Below are positions 9,083 through 18,018 of a stretch of 64,000 bases of DNA, piece by piece; position 1 is the stretch's first letter; each line of letters opens with the position of its first letter. The notes beneath the pieces were generated by a model that did no database searches, was not told the DNA's origin, and saw nothing but the letters and a program-made list of their open reading frames with translations. Source of the stretch: Clostridiales bacterium (GTDB lineage Bacteria > Bacillota > Clostridia > Christensenellales > CAG-138); contig JAILNX010000011.1 of the NCBI GenBank assembly GCA_024691085.1, positions 27,301 through 91,300 on the forward strand. The letters are read 5' to 3'. A program made the position numbers and the translations under genes.

Positions 9083-10928
9083 CTTGTTCCTCCCTGTGGA
9101 AATACTCGTAAACCTTTTCCGCCGCGGGACGGTTCATTCCCTTGGCCTCAAGGAGCTCCTCGACGCCGGCGTTCCTGATCGCGTCGACCGTGATGAATCT
9201 GTCGAAGAGCGCGCGCCTGCGTTTTTCGCCCACACCCTCGATCTCATTAAGGACGGAATAGAGCGCGGTCTTCGAGCGCATGGAGCGGTGATAGGTTATC
9301 GCGAATCTGTGCGCCTCGTCCCTTATCCTTTGAAGAAGATGCAGAGTGCTCGATGACTTCGGAAGCTCAACAGGATCGCTTTTGTCCGGAAGGATGATAT
9401 CCTCGTTCTTTTCGGCAAGACCGATGGCCGGAATGTAAGAAAGACCGAATTCGTCAAGCACCTCGAGCGCGACGTTGAGCTGGCCCCTGCCGCCGTCGAG
9501 TATAAGTAGATCGGGAAGCTCCGAGAACTTTTCGTCGCCTTCCTTCGCCCTCTGAAACCTTCGGGTAAGGTGCTCGCGCATCGCGGCGTAGTCGTCGCCG
9601 TCGGCGGCGGTCTTTGTCCTGAACCTGCGGTACAGCGTCTTATCGGGCTTGCCGTCGATAAACACGACCATCGAGCCGACCGTGTCCCTGCCCATGAAAT
9701 GCGAGTTGTCGAAGCATTCCATCCTGTGAGGGAGCTCGTCCATGCCGACGATCGCGGAGAGCTCTGAAAGGGCGCCCTCGCCGCGTTCCCACTCTTTGAA
9801 GATAAGCTCGCGCTTTCTCTTTAACGATTCAACGCCGTTCGTATAGGCAAGCTCCGCGAGCTGCTTTTTCTCTCCCCTTTGGGGAACGGCGATCCTGACC
9901 GCGTGAGAGCAGCTCTCTCTTAAGCAGGAAGCTATGTTCTCCGCGTCGTCCGGCGCGGTGCGGCAGATGATCTCGTTCGGGATGAACGCCTCGTCGAGAT
10001 AGAACTGCATAAGGAAGGAAGCGAGTATCTCGCCGTCCGTTTCGTCTGCCGCAGACAGGAAATAGCTGTCGGTCATTACGACGTTGCCGTCACGCATCAT
10101 AGTTGCGTAGACCACTGTGTTCATCTCGTCACGGGCGACCGCGAACACGTCGAAGCTGTTTATGACGGTCGTCGCGGTGCGCTGCTTAAGGGCGATCGAC
10201 TCCGCCGCCCTTATCCTGTCGCGGTACATCGCGGCGCGCTCAAACTCCATCTTCCCGGAAGCCTCAAGCATCTTTTCGGTCATCTTCTCGGTTATCGCCT
10301 TCGAATGACCGGAGAGCAGCTGGGCGATCTCGTCGAGATACGCGTGATACTCCTCCCGCGTAACGTTTCCGGAGCATGGAGCGCAGCATCTGCCGAGATG
10401 ATACATAAGGCAGGGGCGTTCGCGCCTCGCTATCGCCCTCTGGATGTCCTTCGTGCAGTGCCTCACGGGGAAAATCTCGCGCACGGCGGTCATTACCTCG
10501 CGCAGAGTCACGGTGGAAAGAAACGGCCCGAAATACTTTGCCCCGTCCTTTTTGATCCGTCTTACGATCTCAGGTCTCGGAAAATCCTTCGAATAATCGA
10601 TCCTCACGTAAGGAAAATGCTTGTCGTCCTTAAGAAGGATGTTGTACCTCGGCCTGAACTGCTTTATCATATTGCACTCTAACGTGAGTGCCTCCGCCTC
10701 GGTCTGGGTAATGGTGAACTCGAAATCTGCTACGTTCGAGACCATTGCGGCGACCTTAGGCGCCTTTACGTCGTTCCTGAAATACTGTCTGACACGGTTT
10801 TTGAGGTTGACGGCTTTGCCGACATAGATGATCTCGCCTCGGGAATTGTACATGCGGTACACGCCGGGACTGTCGGGCAAAAGCTTAAGCTTATCTTTGA
10901 TCGTGTCGTTCATGTTCCTATTATACAT
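9072..10928 (-). CDS. uvrC: excinuclease ABC subunit C
   Basis: 618 aa. It has an N-terminal GIY-YIG module (GVYRMYNSRGEIIYVGKA..NLKNR), a central endonuclease region and a C-terminal helix-hairpin-helix (LNEIEGVGEKRRRAL). Confidence 0.95.
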   Translation of the reverse strand: MYNRNMNDTIKDKLKLLPDSPGVYRMYNSRGEIIYVGKAVNLKNRVRQYFRNDVKAPKVAAMVSNVADFEFTITQTEAEALTLECNMIKQFRPRYNILLKDDKHFPYVRIDYSKDFPRPEIVRRIKKDGAKYFGPFLSTVTLREVMTAVREIFPVRHCTKDIQRAIARRERPCLMYHLGRCCAPCSGNVTREEYHAYLDEIAQLLSGHSKAITEKMTEKMLEASGKMEFERAAMYRDRIRAAESIALKQRTATTVINSFDVFAVARDEMNTVVYATMMRDGNVVMTDSYFLSAADETDGEILASFLMQFYLDEAFIPNEIICRTAPDDAENIASCLRESCSHAVRIAVPQRGEKKQLAELAYTNGVESLKRKRELIFKEWERGEGALSELSAIVGMDELPHRMECFDNSHFMGRDTVGSMVVFIDGKPDKTLYRRFRTKTAADGDDYAAMREHLTRRFQRAKEGDEKFSELPDLLILDGGRGQLNVALEVLDEFGLSYIPAIGLAEKNEDIILPDKSDPVELPKSSSTLHLLQRIRDEAHRFAITYHRSMRSKTALYSVLNEIEGVGEKRRRALFDRFITVDAIRNAGVEELLEAKGMNRPAAEKVYEYFHREEQGGS

Positions 10929-10961
10929 TAAAAAACTGTTTTTGGGAACATATTTTTCGCG

Positions 10962-10996
10962 ATAAAAACAGAGCCCCGTTTTTTACGGGACTCTGT
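10962..10996 (-). terminator. rho-independent terminator after the PrsA-like gene
   Basis: Inverted repeat acagagccccg (10968-10978) / cgggactctgt (10986-10996) with one mismatch. In minus-strand sense it is followed by a T-run (plus-strand aaaaa at 10964-10968). Confidence 0.65.
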
Positions 10997-11011
10997 CCGG
11001 AACGCTTGTTA

Positions 11012-12577
11012 TCAAGCCTTATAGAAAGCCTTGATGATGTTCTTCTTCTCAACGATCTTGGTGTTCTCCTTCCACTCGGAGACCTTGGTCGTGTAGTAGG
11101 AGTTCTGCTCGCTCGTAAGCTTGGCGTCATAGTAGGACTGGTACATCGACTGAAGCGTGATGTACTCGGGCTCCTCGGCGTTCTCCTCGGCGTCGGAGGA
11201 CGTGACGATGTTCTTAAGAGCTTCGTCGGTAGCGGCGATCTGCTCAGCTGTGACGTGGCCGCCGTTGACGGTGACGATGCCCTCGTCATCGGTCACGGCC
11301 TCGCCGTTCTCGTAAACGGGGAGCATGAGATAGCCGTCCTCGTCATACATCGTGAAGCAGTCGTTGGGATTGAGCACGATGTAATGAACGCCGGTGGTCG
11401 TGAACACCTTGACGAGCTTGGTGCCGTCGTTAAGATCGAACATGGTGATCTTGTAATCGGGCTGGGCTTCTTCGCCGTTCTCGTCGATAGCCTTTTTCTC
11501 GTTCTCGGTCTTCCACTCTTCGCCGAACTTAAGCTTCATGGCAGCGTAGCCGAAGCCGTCGTAATACTTGCTGATGAGGGAAGCCTGCATGAGATAACCG
11601 AAATACTTGTAAGCGGGAGACTGCATACCGGGATCCTCGCAGATCTCCTTGTCGGCGCACTTCTCGAGGAACTCGTCAAGACCGATGGTCTTGAAGGACT
11701 CCTCCATAGCGGTCATCTTCTCGGTGAACGCGGCGTCCTCGGCAGCATAGGCCTCAAGGTCGGTAACGGACTCGCCCGCCTGCTGGGTGAACTTGATGAG
11801 CAGGTGCTTCACGGAGAAGAACTCGGCATAGGGATCGGCATCCTTGGACTCGTCCTTATCGGCGGTCTCGGGATCGTCCTCAACGGCCTTCTCGGGATGG
11901 GGCATGAAGAGCGGCGCGGTCTTGGAGGACATGCTGAGGAAGTTCGACCAGGCGGTATAGAAATCGGCAGCGGAGATGTCCGTATTGATGGCGTCGGTGA
12001 TCGACTTCTTGACGTCATCGGTGGAGACGGTGACGTCCTTGACGGTGATGCTGCGAAGCTTCTCAAGCCTTGCGGACTGGCGGAGGCTGTCCTCAACTTC
12101 CTTCCTGTACTTCTCATAAGTGGTCTTGTTCTCTTTAAGGGTGGCCTTGAAGAGCTCGAGAGCGGCCTCGTACCTTGCGGTCTGGTCGGTGATCGAAGAA
12201 TCGACCTTGCTGAGATAGGTGGTGGTGACGTAGTTTACGATCTGATCGTCAACGTCCTTCTGGAGCTTGGCCTCCTCCTCCGCGTCGAGGGTGATCTTCT
12301 GCACCTCGAGCTGGTCGAGCTGCACGCCCTGCATGACGAGGGAATCGAGTATGAAGGTCGCGTACTGCTCGCGGGTCATAAGACCGTACTGCATGTACTG
12401 ATAGTACTGGCTGTTATTGTAAAGGTTAAGATACTGCTGAAGATAGAGCTTTACGCCGCCTACCTTGGCAACGACGGGGTTGTCGGCATAGGAATTGACG
12501 CAGCCGACGAGGCTTACGCCCATTACCGCGATCATAAGGACCGCAAGGATCCTTACGAAAGTCTTGTTGAGTTTCAT
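11012..12577 (-). CDS. secreted lipoprotein, SurA-N/PrsA-like foldase candidate (parvulin signature weak)
   Basis: I moved the start to ATG 12577, which has a GAAGGAG Shine-Dalgarno 8 nt upstream. MKLNKTFVRILAVLMIAVMGVSLVGC is a lipoprotein signal with a lipobox Cys. KHLLIKF ... TTTGVHYIVLN resembles parvulin start and end strands. 521 aa. Confidence 0.6.
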   Translation of the reverse strand: MKLNKTFVRILAVLMIAVMGVSLVGCVNSYADNPVVAKVGGVKLYLQQYLNLYNNSQYYQYMQYGLMTREQYATFILDSLVMQGVQLDQLEVQKITLDAEEEAKLQKDVDDQIVNYVTTTYLSKVDSSITDQTARYEAALELFKATLKENKTTYEKYRKEVEDSLRQSARLEKLRSITVKDVTVSTDDVKKSITDAINTDISAADFYTAWSNFLSMSSKTAPLFMPHPEKAVEDDPETADKDESKDADPYAEFFSVKHLLIKFTQQAGESVTDLEAYAAEDAAFTEKMTAMEESFKTIGLDEFLEKCADKEICEDPGMQSPAYKYFGYLMQASLISKYYDGFGYAAMKLKFGEEWKTENEKKAIDENGEEAQPDYKITMFDLNDGTKLVKVFTTTGVHYIVLNPNDCFTMYDEDGYLMLPVYENGEAVTDDEGIVTVNGGHVTAEQIAATDEALKNIVTSSDAEENAEEPEYITLQSMYQSYYDAKLTSEQNSYYTTKVSEWKENTKIVEKKNIIKAFYKA

Positions 12578-12651
12578 TATGGTTACTCCTTCTTTAGGAT
12601 AGATATACCCGCTGATTTTAATAGCTATCGAGAGCTTTGTCAACAGGGAAT

Positions 12652-13830
12652 TTACTTTTTGAGGGATTCGAGGAAGATCTTCGTCCTTCTGAGCGCTTCC
12701 CTGATGTCCTCGATATCGGTCGCGTAGCAGCAGCGGACGTAGCCTTCGCCGCTGGGACCAAACGCGGTGCCGGGTACCATGCAGACGTCCTGCTCGGCAA
12801 GGAGCCTGTCGCAGAACTCTTCGGAGGAAAGGCCGGAGACCTTGATGGACGGGAATACGTAGAACGCGCCTTCGGGCTCGTTGCAGGTCATGCCGAGAGC
12901 GTTGAAGCCGTCGATGATGACGCGGCGGCGGCGGTCATACTCGTTCATCATTGCCTTCATATCGCGCCAGTCGGTCTCGAAGCCCTGACGGAGAGCGGCG
13001 ATGCCGGCATACTGCGCGGGAGTGGGAGCGGAAAGCATGGTGAGCTGGTTGATTTTCGTCATAGCGGCGATGATGGGCTTCGGAGCAGCGGCATAGCCTA
13101 GACGCCAGCCGGTCATGGAGAACGCCTTGGAGAAGCCGTTCAGAACGACGGTGCGCTCGCGCATACCGGGCAGAGAGCAGATGGAAACGTGCTTCTTGCC
13201 GCCGTAGGTGAGCTCGGAATAGATCTCATCGGCAAGAACGAGGATGTCGGTGCCGCGGAGAACTTCAGCGATGGCCTCGAGGTCTTCCTTCTCCATGATG
13301 CCGCCGGTGGGGTTGTTGGGGAACGGAAGAAGCAGCGCCTTCGTTTTGGGGGTGATAGCGGCCTTAAGAGCCTCGGCGGTGAGCTTGAACTTATTGTCAG
13401 CGGTCGTGATCACGTTAACGGGAACGCCGCCCGCGAAGATAACGCCGGGATTATAAGCAACGTAGGTGGGTTCGGGGATGATGACCTCATCGCCGCGGGT
13501 GATGAGCGCGCGGATGGCAAGGTCGATCGCCTGGCTTGCGCCGACGGTGACGAGGATCTCGCCGTTCGCCTCATAATGTACGCCGTAACGGTCGTCAAGA
13601 TACTTGCTGATAAGCTCGCGGAGCTCGGGCATACCGCTGTTGGAGGAGTACGGGATGCGTCCGTGGGACAGACGCTCGAGAGCCTCCCTGCGTATGGCTT
13701 CGGGAGTAGGGAAATCGGGTTCGCCAACGCCGAGACTGATGGTCTTATCGGTCAGTATGTCGAAGTACTTGCGAATACCGGAAGGCGGTACGTCCTGAAC
13801 GGCCTTAACAATGAGTTTCGTGTAATCCAT
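12652..13830 (-). CDS. class I/II pyridoxal-phosphate aminotransferase (aspartate/aromatic type)
   Basis: 392 aa with the PLP-lysine motif FSKAFSMTGWRLGY and NPTG upstream. Confidence 0.9.
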   Translation of the reverse strand: MDYTKLIVKAVQDVPPSGIRKYFDILTDKTISLGVGEPDFPTPEAIRREALERLSHGRIPYSSNSGMPELRELISKYLDDRYGVHYEANGEILVTVGASQAIDLAIRALITRGDEVIIPEPTYVAYNPGVIFAGGVPVNVITTADNKFKLTAEALKAAITPKTKALLLPFPNNPTGGIMEKEDLEAIAEVLRGTDILVLADEIYSELTYGGKKHVSICSLPGMRERTVVLNGFSKAFSMTGWRLGYAAAPKPIIAAMTKINQLTMLSAPTPAQYAGIAALRQGFETDWRDMKAMMNEYDRRRRVIIDGFNALGMTCNEPEGAFYVFPSIKVSGLSSEEFCDRLLAEQDVCMVPGTAFGPSGEGYVRCCYATDIEDIREALRRTKIFLESLKK

Positions 13831-13895
13831 TTTGAATTATACATCCCTTTCGTTTTAATACATATTATAACGGGTCTCCCCGCGCTTCAACTTGG

Positions 13896-15581
13896 TCACG
13901 GAGTGGGCAGCGAAGGATCGCCCGTTCCAATAGTGACTACGCCCTGTACAGGATAATAGGTGTCGGTATAGAGATAGATGGTCTCGATCAGGTCGCCGTT
14001 GGCGTCATAGTGTTTGAGGTACGCCTTGGCGGTATAGCCTTTCCTTGCCTTGATGGTGGTCTCCTTGTAGCCCCTCGGCCACATCGGATTCTCCCTGATC
14101 ACGGTCTCGTCGGGATCTTTCGTTTCGACAGTCTCGGCCCAGGTCTCGTAATACGAGCCGTCCTCCTCTGGCAGGGTGAAGATGTAGATGTACATCTTGC
14201 CGTTATCGGTATCGGCATACGCGAAGATGTAGATGGCCGAGTCGGAGATATTCCTCCACTTAAGGTCGGGACCGTTCGTGTCGACGGTGCAGTCGAGGCC
14301 GTAGGGAACGTATTCGCTGGGCCACGAGTGATGCCGCCTCTGGGTGATCTTGATCTTGTTGGGACCGCACTGCAGGAGCGCGTTATAGAGGGTGCCCGAA
14401 ACCTGGCAGATGCCTCCTCCCGGGCTGTCCTCGTATTCCTTGCCGCCTGTGATGCCGGGAGCGCGGAGCCAGCCGTCCTCCTCCGTCCTCGGGCCGATGT
14501 ACTCGTTGAAGCTGATCTCCTGGCCGGGAGCGATGGTGCATCCGTTCAGAATGCCGGCGGCCTTCTGGATGTTGCGGCAGCGGTTCTTTGTGCCGTATCC
14601 ATGAGCGAAACTTGTTACGTAGCCGGTGATCTTCTTGAAGCCTTTTTTGATTTCTTCGATGGTCTTCTCGGGAGCCGTATCCTCAAGATCCGCGCTCAGA
14701 CGGCAGTCAAAATCGTTGTTCTCGAAAGCGGCTACGATTCGGTCGACCATGACTTCCTTGTTAAGTACGAAGCCGTTCTTGCCGGGATGGAAATAGACGT
14801 ACGCGATCGCGACGCCGTTTTCTGCGTAGATGATCTCGGACTCGAGTCCCGCGTCGTCAAATACGGCGGGTCTCTGCGAGATGGTAAGATGAGGCTCGAC
14901 CGGCTCGGTATTGACGAACGCGGCGATGCTCTCGACGCGCTTCATTATGGCGTTCCTGTCGCATTTATAGCTAAGATGATACTCGATGGGATGCCCGTTC
15001 TCGGCATTCTCCTTCATCTTCTGCTGTTTAACGTAATTTGCGTAGCAGTCTTCGACGACGTTATCCTGCACGAAATGCTCGCGGCCGTTGCCGTAAGCCT
15101 CCTCGAGGATCTCGTCCGCGTTGACCTTGATGTTGAAATCCTGCGCGGAAAGAGCGAGGCTCGCGTTTCCGACGACTACCGCCATGCTGACGTCGCCGAG
15201 CCTGTTCTCGATGAGCGCAACTATCGCCTGTCTGGCCTCGGCGTAAGACATTCCGCCGATCTCGACTCCGTCAACGGTTATGCCCTCGTAATATCTTCCG
15301 TCATCAATGTAGCTGAAGGAAACGCCGTCCTTGATGCCGTAAACGCTTTTTGCGCCGGTAAGGGGATCGGTCTCTACCCTCACCCAGTTGTTTTCGTTAT
15401 AGTAGTCGACGGCCTTCTTGTGCTCTTTCTTGATGGCGCCGCTGATAATAATCATGGAAACGCCGACAAGAACGACAACGGCAAACAGACCGAGGATGAC
15501 GTACAAAACCCTCCGTCTTCTTGCCATTTCGCGCTTCTTGCGGGCTCTCATTATTTTCCTGTACTCTGCACTGTGTTCCAA
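13896..15581 (-). CDS. VanW family protein with N-terminal membrane anchor
   Basis: 561 aa. It starts at TTG with GGAGG 8 nt upstream and has an N-terminal TM helix (VLYVILGLFAVVVLVGVSMIII). The VanW-type core is ..GQEISFNEYIGPRTEEDGW..GGGICQVSGTLYNALL... Confidence 0.75.
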   Translation of the reverse strand: MEHSAEYRKIMRARKKREMARRRRVLYVILGLFAVVVLVGVSMIIISGAIKKEHKKAVDYYNENNWVRVETDPLTGAKSVYGIKDGVSFSYIDDGRYYEGITVDGVEIGGMSYAEARQAIVALIENRLGDVSMAVVVGNASLALSAQDFNIKVNADEILEEAYGNGREHFVQDNVVEDCYANYVKQQKMKENAENGHPIEYHLSYKCDRNAIMKRVESIAAFVNTEPVEPHLTISQRPAVFDDAGLESEIIYAENGVAIAYVYFHPGKNGFVLNKEVMVDRIVAAFENNDFDCRLSADLEDTAPEKTIEEIKKGFKKITGYVTSFAHGYGTKNRCRNIQKAAGILNGCTIAPGQEISFNEYIGPRTEEDGWLRAPGITGGKEYEDSPGGGICQVSGTLYNALLQCGPNKIKITQRRHHSWPSEYVPYGLDCTVDTNGPDLKWRNISDSAIYIFAYADTDNGKMYIYIFTLPEEDGSYYETWAETVETKDPDETVIRENPMWPRGYKETTIKARKGYTAKAYLKHYDANGDLIETIYLYTDTYYPVQGVVTIGTGDPSLPTP

Positions 15582-15615
15582 GGAACTTTCCTCCGTGCAT
15601 TAATATCCAAATATC

Positions 15616-15644
15616 ATTATACTACTTTTTCATTGTGTTGGCAA
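15616..15644 (-). promoter_or_regulatory. sigma-A-type promoter candidate for the VanW-family gene
   Basis: In minus-strand sense: TTGCCA (15644-15639), 17-nt spacer, TATAAT (15621-15616). Confidence 0.5.
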
Positions 15645-15691
15645 CAGAATCAATACAATATAATATCCTGCCGAAACATCTTTTGTTTATG

Positions 15692-15720
15692 TTTACAAGC
15701 GGATGAATCTGTGGTATCAT
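15692..15720 (+). promoter_or_regulatory. sigma-A-type promoter candidate for the E2-like gene
   Basis: TTTACA (15692-15697), 17-nt spacer ending in tgg (extended -10), TATCAT (15715-15720). Confidence 0.5.
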
Positions 15721-15755
15721 ATCGACAATTAATGTGCTTTTCGCACGGTTAGGAA

Positions 15756-16598
15756 GTGATTATCTTGCGAGCGGACGGTAAAAGAGTAAAGAATATGCCC
15801 CCGATGTACGCGGTCGCCGCACATATTATGGCGAAGCGTTCCGACGCGTGCAATTCGATAGAGCTGAACATCCCCCTCGAGCCCATTCAGAACTACCTGC
15901 GCGACGTAAGGGCGAGAGGTCACAATATAAGCCATCTGTCGGTCATCATCGCGGCTTTCCTCCGCACGACCGCGGAATACCCGTTCCTTAACAGGTTCGT
16001 CGTAAACAAGACCGTCTACGCGAGAAACGAGTATGCGGTCGGCATGGTCGTATTGAAGCCGGGCGAACTTGACGGCACGATGAACAAGATGTACTTCGAT
16101 CTTGCCGACGATATCTTCAAGGTGCAGGAGATAGTCGACAAGTACGTCGACGAGAACCGCGGCGCAGGCGAGACCAACTCGACCGACAAGCTCATAACCA
16201 CTCTCCTCAAGATACCCGGACTCTGCCGTATCGGCGTATGCCTGTTCAAGCTCATGGATAAATGGGGACTCCTCCCCCGCTCCATCATCAAGGCGAGCCC
16301 GTTCCATACCAGCTTCGTCATATCGAATCTCGCGAGCATCCGAACCAACCATATCTTCCACCACGTTTACGATTTCGGTACGACCAGCATGATCGTTACT
16401 CTCGGCAACATGCGCGAGGTGCCGAAGAGGGTCGGCGGCGAGATAAAGTTCGAAAAATGCATGCCATTCGGCGTCGTGATGGACGAAAGGATCTGCTCCG
16501 GCAGCTATTATGCGCTCGCGTTCAGAAGGCTTTCGGAATACTTAAGGGATCCGAAACTCCTCGAGCTGCCGCCCAGGGTGATCAATCACGACGTCTGA
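15756..16598 (+). CDS. stand-alone 2-oxoacid dehydrogenase E2 acyltransferase catalytic-domain homolog, catalytic motif altered
   Basis: 280 aa. ..HLSVIIAAFLRTTAEYPFLNRFV.., ..FVISNLASI.. and ..VVMDERICSGSYYALAFRRLSEYLRDPKLL align by eye with the E2 catalytic-domain blocks (..NA.., ..SNLG.., DHRxxDG..F...L..LE.P..LL). There is no lipoyl or subunit-binding domain. The start may instead be TTG 15765 (AGGAAG 8 nt upstream). Confidence 0.6.
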   Translation: MIILRADGKRVKNMPPMYAVAAHIMAKRSDACNSIELNIPLEPIQNYLRDVRARGHNISHLSVIIAAFLRTTAEYPFLNRFVVNKTVYARNEYAVGMVVLKPGELDGTMNKMYFDLADDIFKVQEIVDKYVDENRGAGETNSTDKLITTLLKIPGLCRIGVCLFKLMDKWGLLPRSIIKASPFHTSFVISNLASIRTNHIFHHVYDFGTTSMIVTLGNMREVPKRVGGEIKFEKCMPFGVVMDERICSGSYYALAFRRLSEYLRDPKLLELPPRVINHDV

Positions 16599-16630
16599 TA
16601 TTATCGGGAGCAGTCGGATAACGGCCGACG

Positions 16631-16659
16631 GTATAAAGATCAATATTTTGGCATACCCT
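16631..16659 (+). promoter_or_regulatory. candidate sigma-E-type (mother-cell) promoter upstream of spoIIID
   Basis: GTATAAA (16631-16637), 14 nt, CATACCCT (16652-16659). This resembles the sigma-E pattern as I recall it (-35 ..ATA.., -10 CATACA-T). spoIIID is sigma-E dependent in B. subtilis. Consensus recalled from memory, not scored. Confidence 0.35.
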
Positions 16660-16692
16660 ATTAGCAACAATCACGAAGAGGAAAGTTGCGAA

Positions 16693-16965
16693 ATGGACGC
16701 CTATATTGAAAGCAGAGTCTTCGACCTTGCCGACTACATCATCTCCTGCGGAGCTACCGTACGAGACGCCGCGAAGGAATTCGGAGTATCGAAGTCCACC
16801 GTTCACAAGGACGTGACCGAACGGCTCTATTCGCTCGACAGGGCGAAAGCGCGCGACGTTGCCGCGGTGCTTGAGGTAAACAAAGAGGAAAGGCATATCC
16901 GGGGAGGATATGCCACGTATCTCAAGTATAAATGGATGCGGGAGAAGAAGGATCAGACGGATTGA
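16693..16965 (+). CDS. spoIIID: stage III sporulation protein D (mother-cell transcription factor)
   Basis: I moved the start to ATG 16693 (AGAGGAAAG upstream). The 90-aa product MDAYIESRVFDLADYIISCGATVRDAAKEFGVSKSTVHKDVTERL...RHIRGGYATYLKYK closely parallels B. subtilis SpoIIID (..KEFGVSKSTVHKDLTERL..RHLRGGEATKLKYK). Confidence 0.92.
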   Translation: MDAYIESRVFDLADYIISCGATVRDAAKEFGVSKSTVHKDVTERLYSLDRAKARDVAAVLEVNKEERHIRGGYATYLKYKWMREKKDQTD

Positions 16966-17558
16966 TCCTTTCTCATCCTCTCCGCCTGCGAAGGTCTTAA
17001 GTACATGGGGACAGCCTCTTTAACGGGCTGTCCTTTTTTTAGCGCTTCTTTAATGACGAGCTCTGCATCGGGCGCGCCCTCGATGCCGCCGAAGCTGCCT
17101 ACCAGGGCCGTATCCGAAGGAAGCCTTGAAGCTAATTCTTCAAACGAAGGGGCGCAGGGAGCAATGACTTCCTCGCCGTCCGTATAGAGCGCGGCGTAGC
17201 AGTTGCCGTTCCTGCAGTCGATCACGGGAGCGACGCTGCCGTCTGACGGCAGTATGTGCCTCATCGCGGCGAGCGAACACACGGGGATAACGTTTAAACC
17301 CAGCGCGTAAGCGATCGCGTTCGCGCAGGATACTCCGATCCTGACGCCGGTGAACGAGCCGGGACCGACGTCGACGGCGACGGAGTCAATATCGGATACG
17401 CCGATCCCCGCCCCGCTTAAAGCGCGATCGATAACTTCCATGAGTGTAGCCGAATGCGATCTTCCGCTTTCGTCCTTAACGAAGCTTACGATCTCACCGT
17501 TCCTCGCGACCGCGGCGGACGGATATTTTCCCGAAGTGGAAATGCCGAGCAGTATCAT
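16953..17558 (-). CDS. tsaB: tRNA t6A37 biosynthesis protein TsaB
   Basis: I moved the start to ATG 17558 (GGAGG upstream, 1 nt after the tsaE stop). The 201-aa product starts MILLGISTSG and contains GPGSFTGVRIG. Confidence 0.9.
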   Translation of the reverse strand: MILLGISTSGKYPSAAVARNGEIVSFVKDESGRSHSATLMEVIDRALSGAGIGVSDIDSVAVDVGPGSFTGVRIGVSCANAIAYALGLNVIPVCSLAAMRHILPSDGSVAPVIDCRNGNCYAALYTDGEEVIAPCAPSFEELASRLPSDTALVGSFGGIEGAPDAELVIKEALKKGQPVKEAVPMYLRPSQAERMRKDQSV

Positions 17559-17559
17559 A

Positions 17560-18018
17560 TCACATTTCCTCCAGAATCTTGTCATACTCGCTGCCAAACG
17601 ACCGGAAAACGACTTCGCGCGGGTCGGAGCCGCTGCCCGTGATATGGATCTCGAGCCTTCTTTCAGGCAGAGCTTCGGGGACGTTCTCACACCATTCCAT
17701 AACGATAGCGCCGTCGCCCGAAAGATAGTCATCGAAGCCGACGGCGTAAAGCTCATCCGGATCCTCTATGCGGTACGCGTCGAAATGATCGAGCTTGAGC
17801 CTGCCCTCGTGATGGCGGACTATGGTAAAGGTCGGGCTTAGGATATCGGTTATCCCGAGCGCATCGGCGATGCCCTTCGTCATTGTCGTCTTCCCCGCGC
17901 CGAGATCTCCGAAAAACGCGACGAAGGCGCGCGGAAAGAGCATCCCGCCGAGCCTTCTGCCGAGATCGAGCATTTCCTTTTCGCTGTTTGCTGTAAACCT
18001 TGCTTCCATGACCGTCAA
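17560..18018 (-). CDS. tsaE: tRNA t6A37 biosynthesis ATPase TsaE
   Basis: 152 aa with P-loop GDLGAGKTT and the conserved SPTF..HLD.YR pattern. Confidence 0.9.
   Translation of the reverse strand: MTVMEARFTANSEKEMLDLGRRLGGMLFPRAFVAFFGDLGAGKTTMTKGIADALGITDILSPTFTIVRHHEGRLKLDHFDAYRIEDPDELYAVGFDDYLSGDGAIVMEWCENVPEALPERRLEIHITGSGSDPREVVFRSFGSEYDKILEEM

Noticed and set aside
11006-12727. 573-aa plus-strand ORF, longer than the annotated minus-strand gene it overlaps
   Set aside because: Its translation is low-complexity L/G/V/D/E-rich (LLGVLLGVGGRDDVL..), with no ribosome-binding site and no recognisable motif. The opposite strand encodes a protein with an SD-preceded start, a lipoprotein signal and normal composition. 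This is a typical antisense shadow ORF of GC-rich coding DNA.
14010-15752. 580-aa plus-strand ORF antisense to the VanW-family gene
   Set aside because: It has the same shadow-ORF pattern (V/L/G/D/A-rich, no motifs). The minus strand carries the VanW core motifs and a TM anchor.
15729-16364. 211-aa minus-strand ORF opposite the E2-like gene
   Set aside because: It has no start context or motifs. The plus-strand frame aligns with E2 catalytic-domain blocks over its whole length.
16582-16896. 104-aa minus-strand ORF opposite spoIIID
   Set aside because: It is antisense to a near-textbook SpoIIID sequence.
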